Assembly: GCA_051117555.1 (NCBI GenBank)
Contig: JBNPEG010000056.1
Span: 1 to 64,000, forward strand
DNA: 64,000 bases
DNA from: Elainellaceae cyanobacterium
Lineage (GTDB): Bacteria; Cyanobacteriota; Cyanobacteriia; CAZCXK01
Direction of reading: 5' to 3'
Positions 51,455 through 61,558 of the stretch are shown in pieces (within the stretch, counting starts at the first letter, position 1; each line of letters begins with the position of its first letter). The notes beneath the pieces were generated by a model. It worked only from the letters and a program-made list of their open reading frames with translations. It was not told the DNA's origin and did not search any database. The translations under genes were made by a program, and so were the position numbers.

Positions 51455-52378
51455 ATGACACAACAAGCAAACGAATTGGTATCGGTCGAGCAAGAGCTGG
51501 CAAAACTTCGTCACCGTCTCAAGCAATCGTTTGAGGTGTTAGATGACTTAGTGCATGTGCAAACTCAGTTTGAAGGGTTATCTTACACCCATCAGCAACT
51601 CAATGATCAGCTTCGCAATGCCAAGACTGCGCTTGACGATCTATCTCAATTTCGAGAGACGCTGACGCACGATATCGATGAGGTTAAACGTAGCATCGAT
51701 CATCGCTGGAAAACTATTCAGCACGATTTGGCAACGCTTCAGTCAGAGATCAATACGGGCGATCGCCACGAAAGCGATCGCCTTGTTGCCCAAATTTCTC
51801 AACTGCAAGATCAGGTTAATACGCAGGTCAATGCGGTTCAATCACTCAGCCAGTCTCAAGAGACATTTAATCGACAGTTAAAACAGCTAGAAACCAATAT
51901 GGAATCAAGCTGGAAAGAGATTCGGCAGGCATTAATTAATACCCGAGACGAATTGAGCAGTACTGATCGCACTCTAAAACTAGAGATGACTCATCAGGTC
52001 AACGATATGCAGAAACGCATTGACGAGCAGCTCGAAGTAATCGCGATCGAATGGGCGAATCAAAAAGAATCATTCAAAGCTCCGATTGAGGAATTTGAAT
52101 CACGGCTGAGATCTGAGTTAAGAATTGCATTCAACCGAGGTTTTGGGCCTCAGCATATCGATCGGCTGGAAAAACTCACGAATCAAATGAATGCTGCTCG
52201 AACCGCGATGCGAGACCTTGGGCAAGCCAACCGGCGTCTAAAAGTAGGTATGATTTGCAGCCTCATGATCGCAGGCGTGGCGCTGAGTTTTTCGGTGTTG
52301 CAATGGCTGGCGCCGCAAAGTTTTGAGGCCGTCACCAATAGTATTCATCCGAGTCGTTTACTGCGATCAGGAGATTAA
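51455..52378 (+). CDS. Coiled-coil protein with C-terminal TM anchor
   Basis: Long heptad-rich region and a hydrophobic helix near the C-terminus. Starts 14 bp after the regulator stop. Confidence 0.75.
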   Translation: MTQQANELVSVEQELAKLRHRLKQSFEVLDDLVHVQTQFEGLSYTHQQLNDQLRNAKTALDDLSQFRETLTHDIDEVKRSIDHRWKTIQHDLATLQSEINTGDRHESDRLVAQISQLQDQVNTQVNAVQSLSQSQETFNRQLKQLETNMESSWKEIRQALINTRDELSSTDRTLKLEMTHQVNDMQKRIDEQLEVIAIEWANQKESFKAPIEEFESRLRSELRIAFNRGFGPQHIDRLEKLTNQMNAARTAMRDLGQANRRLKVGMICSLMIAGVALSFSVLQWLAPQSFEAVTNSIHPSRLLRSGD

Positions 52379-52416
52379 ATAGAGATTTGGGGTCAGCACC
52401 CCGTAAACCCACGTGC

Positions 52417-52695
52417 CTAAGATTCTTTTGGTTTCCTCTCAAAAACCTGAATCGATCCCCCATCCAGGATGAATCCGTTTGGTGTGGATGCTCCCATCTT
52501 TCCGGCGATCGCTGCGACCCATTGAGGATAGTCAGCCTGGGCCTGCTCCAGTTTTTTAAACTGCTTAGGCTTTACCGTCACTTGGACGACGCGCCCGTCG
52601 CAGTCAATTTCAAACTGCTTCCAACTGTTTTCAACTTCCTTGGCGATCGGCATGTCGCTAATTTTAATGGTGATTTCTAGTCGTCCTTGAACCAT
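52417..52695 (-). CDS. Small protein of the cyanobacterial 'FinO-like'-annotated family
   Basis: G.LE.TIKI, W..F..DCDG..V...VKPK..KKL, WVAAI.GKMG and QVFERKPK pattern. Confidence 0.7.
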   Translation of the reverse strand: MVQGRLEITIKISDMPIAKEVENSWKQFEIDCDGRVVQVTVKPKQFKKLEQAQADYPQWVAAIAGKMGASTPNGFILDGGSIQVFERKPKES

Positions 52696-52725
52696 AGGAA
52701 TTCCTCCAGGTAACGAGTGATGGGA

Positions 52726-52816
52726 TATCGCTCTGCGGACTCGGATTTGTGTGTAGAACTCCTGAGCGGCTGGATTCTACACGCTCAACGTCCTAACGCG
52801 AGAGCGGAATGACATA
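52726..52816. repeat. Degenerate MITE-like repeat (2037 family)
   Basis: Shares GATTTGTGTGTAGAA...CTACACGCTCAACGTCCTAACGCGAGAGCG. Confidence 0.65.
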
Positions 52817-52907
52817 GTGACCAGGGATAGAAGGATCTTTCCCGTGAGTACGGTACGATTAACCGCTGGATGTTCTAGTATGACCCCAAATGGGACAAAT
52901 AATATCA

Positions 52908-53285
52908 TCACTTTAGCCATGAGCGAGTCTTGGCTAGTGAATGACAGGCGGCACCTTGGTCTGCTGTAATATCAGTCCATACGGGCTTGAGGATTTGACA
53001 ACGAGGTTCGGCAACCGGACAGCGAGTATGAAAACGTCATCCGGATGGAGGGTTCACCGGGGATGGGATGTCTCCCGTCAGTTGGACGCGGTTTTGTGGC
53101 GCATCCGGGGCGAAGGGTGGAATTGCCGAAATCAACAGCGTCGGTCGCATCACCGAGGCAAAGGTAATCATGGCGCGCTGCCGCATCCCTACCGATCGTT
53201 GAAAGGCGTACTGATCCATCCGCAATTTGGGATTGGTCATACCAACTCGCTCTAACATGGCGATCGCCTGCCCCCGATATTCCTT
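52908..53285 (-). pseudogene. Oligopeptide/dipeptide ABC ATPase (oppD/oppF-like) remnant with large internal deletion and nonsense codon
   Basis: AIAMLERVG..YAFQRSVGMRQRAMI..PTLLI is fused to SAIP..LTGDIPSPVNPPSG*RFHTRCP..C..ACH, with TGA in place of the conserved Cys. Confidence 0.8.
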
Positions 53286-53300
53286 TGAATGATCGTTTTG

Positions 53301-55286
53301 CTATGACACAATTTCTGCTAGTTCTAACCATCGCTCCGTCGATTGATTAATCGTCGATTCGAGGTATGCTAGCCGCTCGGAGAGTTCTTGAATTTGGGTA
53401 TACCCTGACGGCGGATTGGCGCCATAGAGCGTCTTTTCAATCGTTTCTTTTTCAGCTTCCAGTTCAGGAATTTGAGTCTCCAATGTTTCTAGCTCTCGCT
53501 TTTCTTTGTAGGACAGCTTGCGCGGCTTAGACGATTGAGGATTGAGAGTCGTATTGTGGGCGGGCTCTGACGGGGAAGAACTAGCACTGGACAACGATTG
53601 GTTTGTAGTTTTTCCTTGGCTATCGTTCGTCTGTGCTTTGCCGGTTCTGGCTAGTTTCTCGTCTGTGGTGCGACGGTCTCGAAAATCGACGTACATCGAG
53701 TAGTTGCCCGGATATTGCCGCACGATGCCGTCTGCTTCAAACGCGAAGATACTATCCACCACGCGATCGAGGAAGTAGCGATCGTGAGAAACAGTAATCA
53801 CACAGCCGTTAAAGTCTTCGAGGTAATCTTCAAGAATGGCGAGGGTTTGCACATCTAAATCATTGGTCGGCTCGTCAAGAATCAGCACGTTGGGTGCCCC
53901 CATTAGCACCCGCAGCAAAAACAATCGCCGCTTCTCACCCCCTGAGAGCTTGTGGATGGGCGCATATTGCTGATTGCCTGGGAACAAAAACCGTTCCAGC
54001 ATTTGCGAGGCACTAATCTTAGAGCCATCCGCCGTTTGCACAAACTCCCCTTCTTCCTTGATGTAGTTAATCACCCGGTCATTTTCATTCATCGCTGCCA
54101 GCAGGTTTTCAGAGTGCTGGTCAAAATAACCAATGTGAATGGTTGCGCCAATCTCGACCGTGCCAGTATCGGGTTTGACGCGACCGGTGATGATGTCCAT
54201 CAGGGTTGACTTACCGACTCCATTGCCGCCAATGATGCCGACGCGATCGCCCGGACTAAACTCATAGGTAAAGTCGTGAATCAAGCATTGATCGCCGTAA
54301 GACTTTGAGACATGCTCTAGTTCGATGACCTTCTTCCCAATGCGTCGCCCCGCTGTCGAAATATCTACCTTGCCCTGCGCCTGCTTAAATTCGGTGTCTT
54401 GCATGTCATGAATGCGATCAATCCGAGCTTTCTGCTTGGTGCTGCGTGCTTTGGGCCCGCGCTTGAGCCATTCCAACTCGCGCCGCAATACACCTGTATG
54501 TTTGCGCTGCTGGCTGACAGCGGCATCTTCTTGCTGGGCTTTCTTTTCGAGGTAGTAGGAATAATTGCCGTCATAGGTGTAGAGATCACCGCGATCGATT
54601 TCGATGATGCGATTGGTGACGCGATCGAGGAAGTAGCGATCGTGGGTGATCAGCAGCAGCGCGCCTCGAAACCCGCTGAGATAAGTTTGCAGCCACTCTA
54701 CGCTGTCAGCATCCAAATGATTGGTCGGCTCGTCCATGAGCAACACATCGGGATCAGACAGCAATGCTGATGCCAAGGCAATGCGCTTGCGATATCCTCC
54801 CGAAAGATTGCCGACGCGGACATCAAAGTCTTCGATGCCAAGCTTGCTTAAAATAATCTTGGCGCTCGTTTCTAGATCCCAGGCTCCCGATGCCTCCATC
54901 TGTTCGGTCACGTCTGCAAGCTGAGTCATGAGCCGATCGAGGTCACTGCCTTGGACATGGGCGATCGCATGAGAAAGTTCTTCATAGTTGCGGACAAGAG
55001 CCATCTGTTCTCCCGCGTCCGCAAACACTTGTTCTAGAACGGTGTGCTCGTCGTTCATATCGGGCTGCTGCGGCAAATACACCGATCGCACGCTCGAATT
55101 CACTAGCATCTCACCGCCATCAATCGGTTCAATCCCTGCTAGCATTTTGAGCAGGGTCGATTTTCCCGACCCGTTGGTGCCAATGACGCCTACCTTATCA
55201 TTGGCATCGAGGCTGAAGTTGGTATCCCGCAAGATTTCTTTGATGCCAAAATCTTTTTTAACCGATTGCAGTGTAAAGATACTCAT
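53301..55286 (-). CDS. uup: ABC-F family ATPase (Uup-like)
   Basis: Two ABC domains, a KARSTKQKARI linker and a KLSYKEKREL C-terminal domain. Confidence 0.92.
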   Translation of the reverse strand: MSIFTLQSVKKDFGIKEILRDTNFSLDANDKVGVIGTNGSGKSTLLKMLAGIEPIDGGEMLVNSSVRSVYLPQQPDMNDEHTVLEQVFADAGEQMALVRNYEELSHAIAHVQGSDLDRLMTQLADVTEQMEASGAWDLETSAKIILSKLGIEDFDVRVGNLSGGYRKRIALASALLSDPDVLLMDEPTNHLDADSVEWLQTYLSGFRGALLLITHDRYFLDRVTNRIIEIDRGDLYTYDGNYSYYLEKKAQQEDAAVSQQRKHTGVLRRELEWLKRGPKARSTKQKARIDRIHDMQDTEFKQAQGKVDISTAGRRIGKKVIELEHVSKSYGDQCLIHDFTYEFSPGDRVGIIGGNGVGKSTLMDIITGRVKPDTGTVEIGATIHIGYFDQHSENLLAAMNENDRVINYIKEEGEFVQTADGSKISASQMLERFLFPGNQQYAPIHKLSGGEKRRLFLLRVLMGAPNVLILDEPTNDLDVQTLAILEDYLEDFNGCVITVSHDRYFLDRVVDSIFAFEADGIVRQYPGNYSMYVDFRDRRTTDEKLARTGKAQTNDSQGKTTNQSLSSASSSPSEPAHNTTLNPQSSKPRKLSYKEKRELETLETQIPELEAEKETIEKTLYGANPPSGYTQIQELSERLAYLESTINQSTERWLELAEIVS

Positions 55287-55367
55287 GCAGCGATTTGCTC
55301 TGATTTAGATTCTCTTATCCATTGTGCGGCAGGTTGAATCGATTGAGTATTACGGAATGACCGAACC

Positions 55368-55451
55368 GAAATGGGTAATCATTACCGTCACGCCGGATGT
55401 ACCTGAATAGTCGAGCACAATTCACGGACTTGCTCCGTTTGCTCAGCTTCT
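55368..55451 (-). pseudogene. Diverged duplicate fragment of the histidine phosphatase gene at 56250-57005
   Basis: Matches ~56361-56445 (EAEQTEQVRE..LDY..TSGVTVM.THF) with substitutions and a small indel. Confidence 0.75.
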
Positions 55452-55544
55452 GCCGTTCTAGCGCAAGAGCGTACGGCATATTGCTTCCACGAATCTATTA
55501 TGCTCACCTACTAAGTGCTCAAAAGTAGATTCATGTTCCTAATA

Positions 55545-56126
55545 TTACCCAAACAGTTTCGCCAAGGGGCAGGAAAAATCGGGAAGCAGTGGAGACGTAA
55601 GGACATCCCCATCTTGTAGCGTCATTGCTAGAGTCAAGACGGCATTATCTCGTCGGTAGACCTGTATCTGACGTAAGTCTTTATCGACAATCCAATATTC
55701 TTGAACGCCCTGCTGAGAATACAGCTTGAGCTTGAGTTGGTAGTCACGCTGTATATTCTTTTCGCCGGGTGAGAGTACTTCGACAACTAGCTCAGGTGCT
55801 CCAGTCAAATGTTCAGCATCATCGAGCAGCCGGTTGAGCCGCTCATTGCTCGCCCAAACCACGTCTGGAATCACATTGTCTTCATCGGTGAAGATAATGC
55901 CGGGACTAAAGGCTGCTCGTCCGACTTCAGTAGCTTGGCTCCAATCATCCAGTTTTGCGAAGATTCTGCCCGCCACCTCCTGATGGCTCCAGCGAGGCGC
56001 TTTGGTCACAATCAGCTCTCCGGCAATAATTTCATAACGCTTATCATCGTCAGGAAAGAGCACAATATCAGATGTTGTCCAGCGAACGCGGTTGGGTGTC
56101 GAGGTCATGGTGTTCAGTCCTCGCAT
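55545..56126 (-). CDS. Uma2 family endonuclease-like protein
   Basis: RYEII.G.L, P...HQ, PD, APELVVEVLSP and K..LY...GVQEYWIVD motifs. Confidence 0.92.
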   Translation of the reverse strand: MRGLNTMTSTPNRVRWTTSDIVLFPDDDKRYEIIAGELIVTKAPRWSHQEVAGRIFAKLDDWSQATEVGRAAFSPGIIFTDEDNVIPDVVWASNERLNRLLDDAEHLTGAPELVVEVLSPGEKNIQRDYQLKLKLYSQQGVQEYWIVDKDLRQIQVYRRDNAVLTLAMTLQDGDVLTSPLLPDFSCPLAKLFG

Positions 56127-56249
56127 GTGGTCTTTCTCTCACTATACTGCCCTCAGTGACCAGTCAAAGGGACGGCAGCACGATGACAGACAACCGTTCA
56201 CAGTTAACTCTCGGTTAGGCGATCGCCATTGTCAGCGATGGGTGAATCG

Positions 56250-57005
56250 TTACAGAGCATCAATTTGACCCACTACGTCAAGCTGATTTTGGTCATTCAC
56301 CTGCATCACGACCATTTCTCCCGACGAGGCTCCCGTTCCACTCAGCGCTAAAATATTGACAAAATGGGTAACCATCACCGTTACACCCGACGTATCTGGA
56401 TAGTCGAGCATAAACTCACGGACTTGCTCCGTTTGCTCAGCCTCGGTAGAGCGATCGCGGAAAAACGAGTTTAAGGGCGGAAATGGCTCTACAGAGGCAA
56501 CATCCATCAGTTCTGCCGTTTCTAAACAGCGGCACCACTGACTCGACAACACCTGCTGGACATTGATATCTCGCTGCTTGAATGCCTCACCTGTGCGCCG
56601 AGCTTGCGATCGCCCTTCGTCCGATAGATTGCGCTGCGTAGAACAATCTCCTAACTCAAAATTCGGGGGGTCGCCCGTTCCAGGAGCCAGGGCGTGGCGC
56701 ATGAGCACAAAATAGTGGGTGTCGGGCTGTTGTAATCGCGTCCATATATCAGTGTCGGCATTCGGAGTAGACGCGACCGTATCTGGAGTTGAATCTGGAG
56801 CGGAGTCTGAAACTGATGGAGGCGAACTCTCTTGGGTCGGAGTTGGGATAGAGTCTTGAATGGCAGGAGGAGACGGATTAGACTGAGAACCCGGACTAGC
56901 ACATCCGGCAATGCTAAACAGGAAAAACCATGCTGCACTCCATGCGCTTCTTCGTATTAAAGACAATGTATGCATAAGCAGATTCTGGCTATTCAACTGA
57001 GACAC
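56250..57005 (-). CDS. Histidine phosphatase family lipoprotein
   Basis: IAGC lipobox, LMRHALAPG, QRNLS and SSQWCRC.ETA motifs. Confidence 0.85.
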   Translation of the reverse strand: MSQLNSQNLLMHTLSLIRRSAWSAAWFFLFSIAGCASPGSQSNPSPPAIQDSIPTPTQESSPPSVSDSAPDSTPDTVASTPNADTDIWTRLQQPDTHYFVLMRHALAPGTGDPPNFELGDCSTQRNLSDEGRSQARRTGEAFKQRDINVQQVLSSQWCRCLETAELMDVASVEPFPPLNSFFRDRSTEAEQTEQVREFMLDYPDTSGVTVMVTHFVNILALSGTGASSGEMVVMQVNDQNQLDVVGQIDAL

Positions 57006-57123
57006 GTAGTTGCTGAAAGATTAATAGGTATTTGCGTTTGATGGTCCTGAGATAATGGTGGCAGTGTTTATTCGACACTAGTTGTAAATCTTATCCCAGT
57101 TGGTCTCATTCCTGTTTCTTGCA

Positions 57124-57558
57124 TCACGGTTTCCTCGCCTTTGGCTTTAGACAGTAACCCAGCGTAGTCAACACAACCGCAAGGATCCATAGAAGTGGGC
57201 CCACGAAGCCTGTGGGTAGCCAGGGAAAGTAACCTGGCACAATGAAGAAGAGCAGCAGACCTACCTCAGTCCAACTGATCATCACAAGATTTGCCCAGTA
57301 GCCAATGCGACTATTCCGCCAGTTGAATAAGATGGCGATCGCTACTGCACCGACTGCAAACCAAAGGATATGGAAAGCCCCTTGATAAATACGCGCCTGG
57401 AGAATGCCCTCATCCATCTGAGTTGCGGCGAACTCGAACATTCGAGCGACAACGCGGAAATGCCAAAATCCCCACAATCCGTAAAAGATAGCACCGATTT
57501 TGTGAAATGGAATGTTAGTTGCCTTAGGGTTTTCCCGCTGAGTAGTGGGGTAGTTCAT
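57124..57558 (-). CDS. Hypothetical 4-TM membrane protein
   Basis: 144 aa with four hydrophobic segments, IGA..Y.LWG..H and NW.N...GYW.NL. Confidence 0.7.
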   Translation of the reverse strand: MNYPTTQRENPKATNIPFHKIGAIFYGLWGFWHFRVVARMFEFAATQMDEGILQARIYQGAFHILWFAVGAVAIAILFNWRNSRIGYWANLVMISWTEVGLLLFFIVPGYFPWLPTGFVGPLLWILAVVLTTLGYCLKPKARKP

Positions 57559-57642
57559 GACGAATATTTCCTACTAGTTTCAGTAAAACAAATTCAATCG
57601 GTTCAACTCGATTTAGTTGCAACCTCAACGAAATCTTTCAGA

Positions 57643-58521
57643 TTATTCCGCTGGCAGACCCATCACAAACGCTGGATCAATCAGCCAGCAGTTTCTGGTG
57701 CCAGATTCTGTTTCGGTCAGAATACCAGCAGATCTCAATTCAAGCCGCTCAATGCTCTCTCCGTCGGGTATACCTAAATCAGACAGATCAACTGCAACTG
57801 CCCAGATGCGGAAATAGCTGACAGCAGCCAGTGGCTCAAAGACTCCGTGCTGCAATTCATCAAGACTGGCTAGCCTCGCTCCTTGCTGTGCGAGATTAGC
57901 AGCACCATGATTTGCAATCACACCCGCAGGTCCAAATTCGCCCAATGCTTCGCTTGGGATAGTTAAGGATTGCCCTTCTGGATGTGAGATATTGAAGCGG
58001 TCTGCCCCAGGTGCAGGCGTTCCTGGACAAGCATTAGACTGCCCTCCTCTGGGAAGACTGAGTTCGGCTAATACCAAATCTGGACCTGGAGCATTCTGAA
58101 GCGCTTCTGGAAAGTGAAGTATTAAGCCGGGTCGGTCTTCTGCAATATTAAGCAAAGCCGAGTTTATAAAATCATCGGTTAGTAAAGTAGTACGATTTTC
58201 TCCTGATGGAGTTGAGGGCAATTCTGCGCCAGTGTCCTGTTGAAGCCCCGTCGGTGTATCAATGGGAGCGGGAGTTCCAAAGGCGACGGGTATGCCTGCT
58301 GGTGCTTGAGCATAGGCTTCGATAACGGGACGGATAAGCTGAACAAGGCGGTAAGTTCGTACTTCTCCGCCCCGTTCAAGGACAATTTGCACGACGGAGC
58401 GTTCGCCTGTTGTCGGGTCGAGCTGAGTATCAAATGCAATTGGCGGCGCTGTTTCAGCCAACGTCGGTAAGGATAGAGCAACTAAAGAAAAGGTCGATAC
58501 GACAAAGATTCTAAACCGCAT
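57643..58521 (-). CDS. Secreted hypothetical protein
   Basis: Signal peptide (PTLA-E) and a 292-aa ORF divergent from the LysR gene. Confidence 0.65.
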   Translation of the reverse strand: MRFRIFVVSTFSLVALSLPTLAETAPPIAFDTQLDPTTGERSVVQIVLERGGEVRTYRLVQLIRPVIEAYAQAPAGIPVAFGTPAPIDTPTGLQQDTGAELPSTPSGENRTTLLTDDFINSALLNIAEDRPGLILHFPEALQNAPGPDLVLAELSLPRGGQSNACPGTPAPGADRFNISHPEGQSLTIPSEALGEFGPAGVIANHGAANLAQQGARLASLDELQHGVFEPLAAVSYFRIWAVAVDLSDLGIPDGESIERLELRSAGILTETESGTRNCWLIDPAFVMGLPAE

Positions 58522-58749
58522 ATTATTGCGTTGATAGGTGAAAGGACTAATCGGCCGGTCGTCATAATCAGATATAGGATGGATGAGCGATCGCCTAACC
58601 CATATAGGGGCTGGTATAGGTGTTGGGTTACTGTTGGATTACTGTCAAAGCTAAATACATCGAATCGTTGAATAGCAGTTTAAATAATTTCAAATCTGTT
58701 GAGTAGTCGGTAAAAATGAGAGACATCTTCTCACTTATGGAAAGGTGCC

Positions 58750-59667
58750 ATGGATTTTAATGCCGTAGCCTTATTCGTGAAGGTTGTTCAGTATGGCAGC
58801 TTTTCAGAAACATCTCGACGCACGAGCATTCCGGTTGCCACGGTGAGCCGACGTATCAAGGAGTTGGAGAAAGACTTGCAGATTCGCTTGCTAGAGCGCT
58901 CCACTCGACATTTGCGTTTAACCGATGCAGGAGCACGGTTTTTTGAATATGCGAATCAAGGCGTTGAGGCATTTGAAATGGGTCTATCCACTCTTGATCG
59001 AGACCAACTCGAACTATCCGGAACATTGCGTCTTTCGTTGCCTCCAGGATTTCTACCTTGGCAAAAATTACTGCACGACTTTCAAGTGTGCTATCCCAAA
59101 GTCAACCTAGATATATTGGTGACAGAGCGTAGAGTTGATCTGATCGAGGATGGGATTGATGTGGCGCTGAGAATTGGCGATCGCCAAGATAATCGAGCGA
59201 TCGCCAAGAAATTAGGCGAATATCGTCATGTGTTAGTCGCCAGTCCAATTTTGCTTGAAAAATATGCCATCCCTCGCACCCCTGAACACCTGCTCACCAT
59301 GCCTTGCGCCAGTTGGAAAGCACCGACCAACTCAAATACCTGGCAGCTAGGAAGTGAGGTCATTCACATTCGTCCATTTCTTCAGATCAACGACTATCTT
59401 CATCTCCTTGAATTAGCTCTAGCGGGAACATGCGTTACCGAACTTCCACCATTTTTAGTTCAAGACTATGTTGCAGAGAGTCAGTTAATGCCGTTATTAA
59501 TGAATTATCCATTGCCACTGTGTGATCTCAACTTGCTATACCCGTCTCGCAGGCAGCTATCACGTGTGGTGAGAATCTACATAGAGTTTTGCTCAGATTG
59601 GATAGGTAATCTATTTCAACATGCAACATTCTGTACGGACGAGGTTGGGCGATCGCTGAATGAATGA
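58750..59667 (+). CDS. LysR family transcriptional regulator (CrgA-like)
   Basis: N-terminal HTH (F.KVV..GSFS...TVSRRI..LE..L..RLL.R.TR) and DLI..G.DVA.R. Confidence 0.95.
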   Translation: MDFNAVALFVKVVQYGSFSETSRRTSIPVATVSRRIKELEKDLQIRLLERSTRHLRLTDAGARFFEYANQGVEAFEMGLSTLDRDQLELSGTLRLSLPPGFLPWQKLLHDFQVCYPKVNLDILVTERRVDLIEDGIDVALRIGDRQDNRAIAKKLGEYRHVLVASPILLEKYAIPRTPEHLLTMPCASWKAPTNSNTWQLGSEVIHIRPFLQINDYLHLLELALAGTCVTELPPFLVQDYVAESQLMPLLMNYPLPLCDLNLLYPSRRQLSRVVRIYIEFCSDWIGNLFQHATFCTDEVGRSLNE

Positions 59668-59794
59668 CTAACCTGATCACCCTCTATGCTGGACTAGGTT
59701 TGTCTAGACTTGTGCCCAACCCTTGATTTTGCAGTCTTTCCCCTTAGTTCTAATTACGCTAACAAGTATTTATCTAAATCCTATCCCTTTGAGC

Positions 59795-60772
59795 ATGAGC
59801 AATACAGACAAAACATTTATCCGCTGTGCGCGATCGCTAACAACACTTTCAGTTTGCAAACTCCAAACCACCCCACATCGCCTTTATCAACCTGTGATGG
59901 TTGCTCTTGCAGCATCCACGATGGCGCTGTATCCGATGAAAGGCTTACACGCTAATCCCAGTGAGGATCTTGATAGCATTGATAGCCTTGAGACAATCAA
60001 TCGCCCCATACCAGAAGCACGCCAATCTTATACTCCTAGTCTTGACCCCACTCTAATCCCAAATTCTCGCCCAGAAATCCCTCCTAATTTTTCCCCAGAC
60101 TCGTCTCCAAACGCCTCATATGCCTCTGCTCCGGATGTTCGCTTTCAGACGTCTCTAGATTCCCCAGTACCGTCCTCTGATGTGCTCTCAGAGTCTCCAG
60201 CCCCGTCAATAGATACGCCTCCGGTAACCATACCTGAAGACGTCTCTTCCGACATTCTGGAAACATCATCGGACCCATCCTCAGAAAATTCTTCAGAAAA
60301 TTCTCCCGCCTTTGGCAGTAGAGGGCTTCAGCGCTGGTATGTGCAGGGCGGCGGCGCTACAACCTTCGAAAACAATTTTGGACTGGTGGGAGCGGGAGTG
60401 TCTCACTTTTTTGCCAATGGGCACAGCGTCAACCTTGAGTTAAACGGCATGGCGTTTGATCAGGCGGGTGATGATGCGGTCGGTCTTAATCTAGCGGTTT
60501 TGCTGCGCTGGCATTTTATCCGTCAACGAAACTGGTCACTCTACGTTGACGGAGGAGCTGGAATTTTGGGCACGACGAATGATGTGCCAAGTACGGGGTC
60601 GAGCTTCAACTTTACGCCTCAGGCAGGTGGGGGAGCGACGATCCGACTTGATGACGAAAAACGGTTGATGGTGGGGCTGCGCTGGCATCACATTTCCAAT
60701 GCCGAATTATACGAAGGCAATCCCGGACGAGACAGCGTTCTGGGCTATGTGGGAGTCAACTTTCCCTTCTGA
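59795..60772 (+). CDS. Acyloxyacyl hydrolase / PagL-like outer-membrane beta-barrel; start uncertain
   Basis: FNF..Q.G.G, R..HISNA and N.G.D motifs, terminal Phe, Ser/Pro-rich N-terminal linker. Confidence 0.8.
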   Translation: MSNTDKTFIRCARSLTTLSVCKLQTTPHRLYQPVMVALAASTMALYPMKGLHANPSEDLDSIDSLETINRPIPEARQSYTPSLDPTLIPNSRPEIPPNFSPDSSPNASYASAPDVRFQTSLDSPVPSSDVLSESPAPSIDTPPVTIPEDVSSDILETSSDPSSENSSENSPAFGSRGLQRWYVQGGGATTFENNFGLVGAGVSHFFANGHSVNLELNGMAFDQAGDDAVGLNLAVLLRWHFIRQRNWSLYVDGGAGILGTTNDVPSTGSSFNFTPQAGGGATIRLDDEKRLMVGLRWHHISNAELYEGNPGRDSVLGYVGVNFPF

Positions 60773-60792
60773 AATGTCTTGGGCAACGTGTT

Positions 60793-61008
60793 TTATGCTC
60801 CCCTTGACTGAGCCAAATCTCGAATTAATGGAAGTCTAGAGTGAGCATAATGACTGACACCCGATACTTCCTCCACGCTTAACGTCGTCTCCCCCTTAAG
60901 CTGGGTCAGCAACTGATGCACTAATTCAGCATCGTTTAATCTCAGAAGCGTACTGGTTTGCATTCCTTCGATGACTGACCAAAATTGCCGTAAAGTCGAA
61001 ATACTCAT
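60793..61008 (-). CDS. Small conserved cyanobacterial hypothetical protein
   Basis: LRQ.WS.IE..Q...LL.L.D..LV..L and Y..SRL.LIRDLA pattern. Confidence 0.75.
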   Translation of the reverse strand: MSISTLRQFWSVIEGMQTSTLLRLNDAELVHQLLTQLKGETTLSVEEVSGVSHYAHSRLPLIRDLAQSRGA

Positions 61009-61161
61009 AGGTGATTCCTCCACCAGAGATGATTTCTGATTATCCATCCGTAAGCCGTAAGCCATATCAATAGGATGCTTGTTCAAATCTAAAGAAGATC
61101 TTAAGACAACGGAACGGTGTACCTATATAACTTATGTTAGGTTCACGATGCGTAAAACTAG

Positions 61162-61179
61162 TTTACATCTGTTTACATA
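61162..61179. promoter_or_regulatory. HLR1-like (RpaB) direct repeat
   Basis: TTTACATC-tg-TTTACATA, one mismatch to KTTACAWW-N2-KTTACAWW. Confidence 0.5.
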
Positions 61180-61558
61180 AGGCTGGCTTTAGGATATAGC
61201 AATCCAGGAGTCGATATCCTCCATCTCTGCTCGGTTGGGCACACCCAGTTTTGTATGTGTAGTGTGTTTTGCCTGTGGCAAGGTTCTCACCAATGCTCTG
61301 GCGATGCGTAGTCTGGCGATGCATCGCAAGTCTCGTTTCTTCTGATTAGAGAGGCGTTGCCAACGCGGGCAAGATACCCGCACTACAAACATTGATAGAT
61401 TTGCAAGTGTGAGATGCTGTCGACTTTGCTCGTGTAGGCGCGGCTAACCCTGCGGGATGCTTCGCGTAGCGTCTCCGTTAGGAGAAACAACTGCTAGCCT
61501 CTGATCTTTTGTCAGTCCATCAGCTATCTGGCCAACACTGTAAGTATTAGCGAATCAT

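Noticed and set aside
61152..61166. NtcA site GTAAAACTAGTTTAC
   Set aside because: Spacing is N9 rather than N8. The overlapping HLR1-like repeat fits better.
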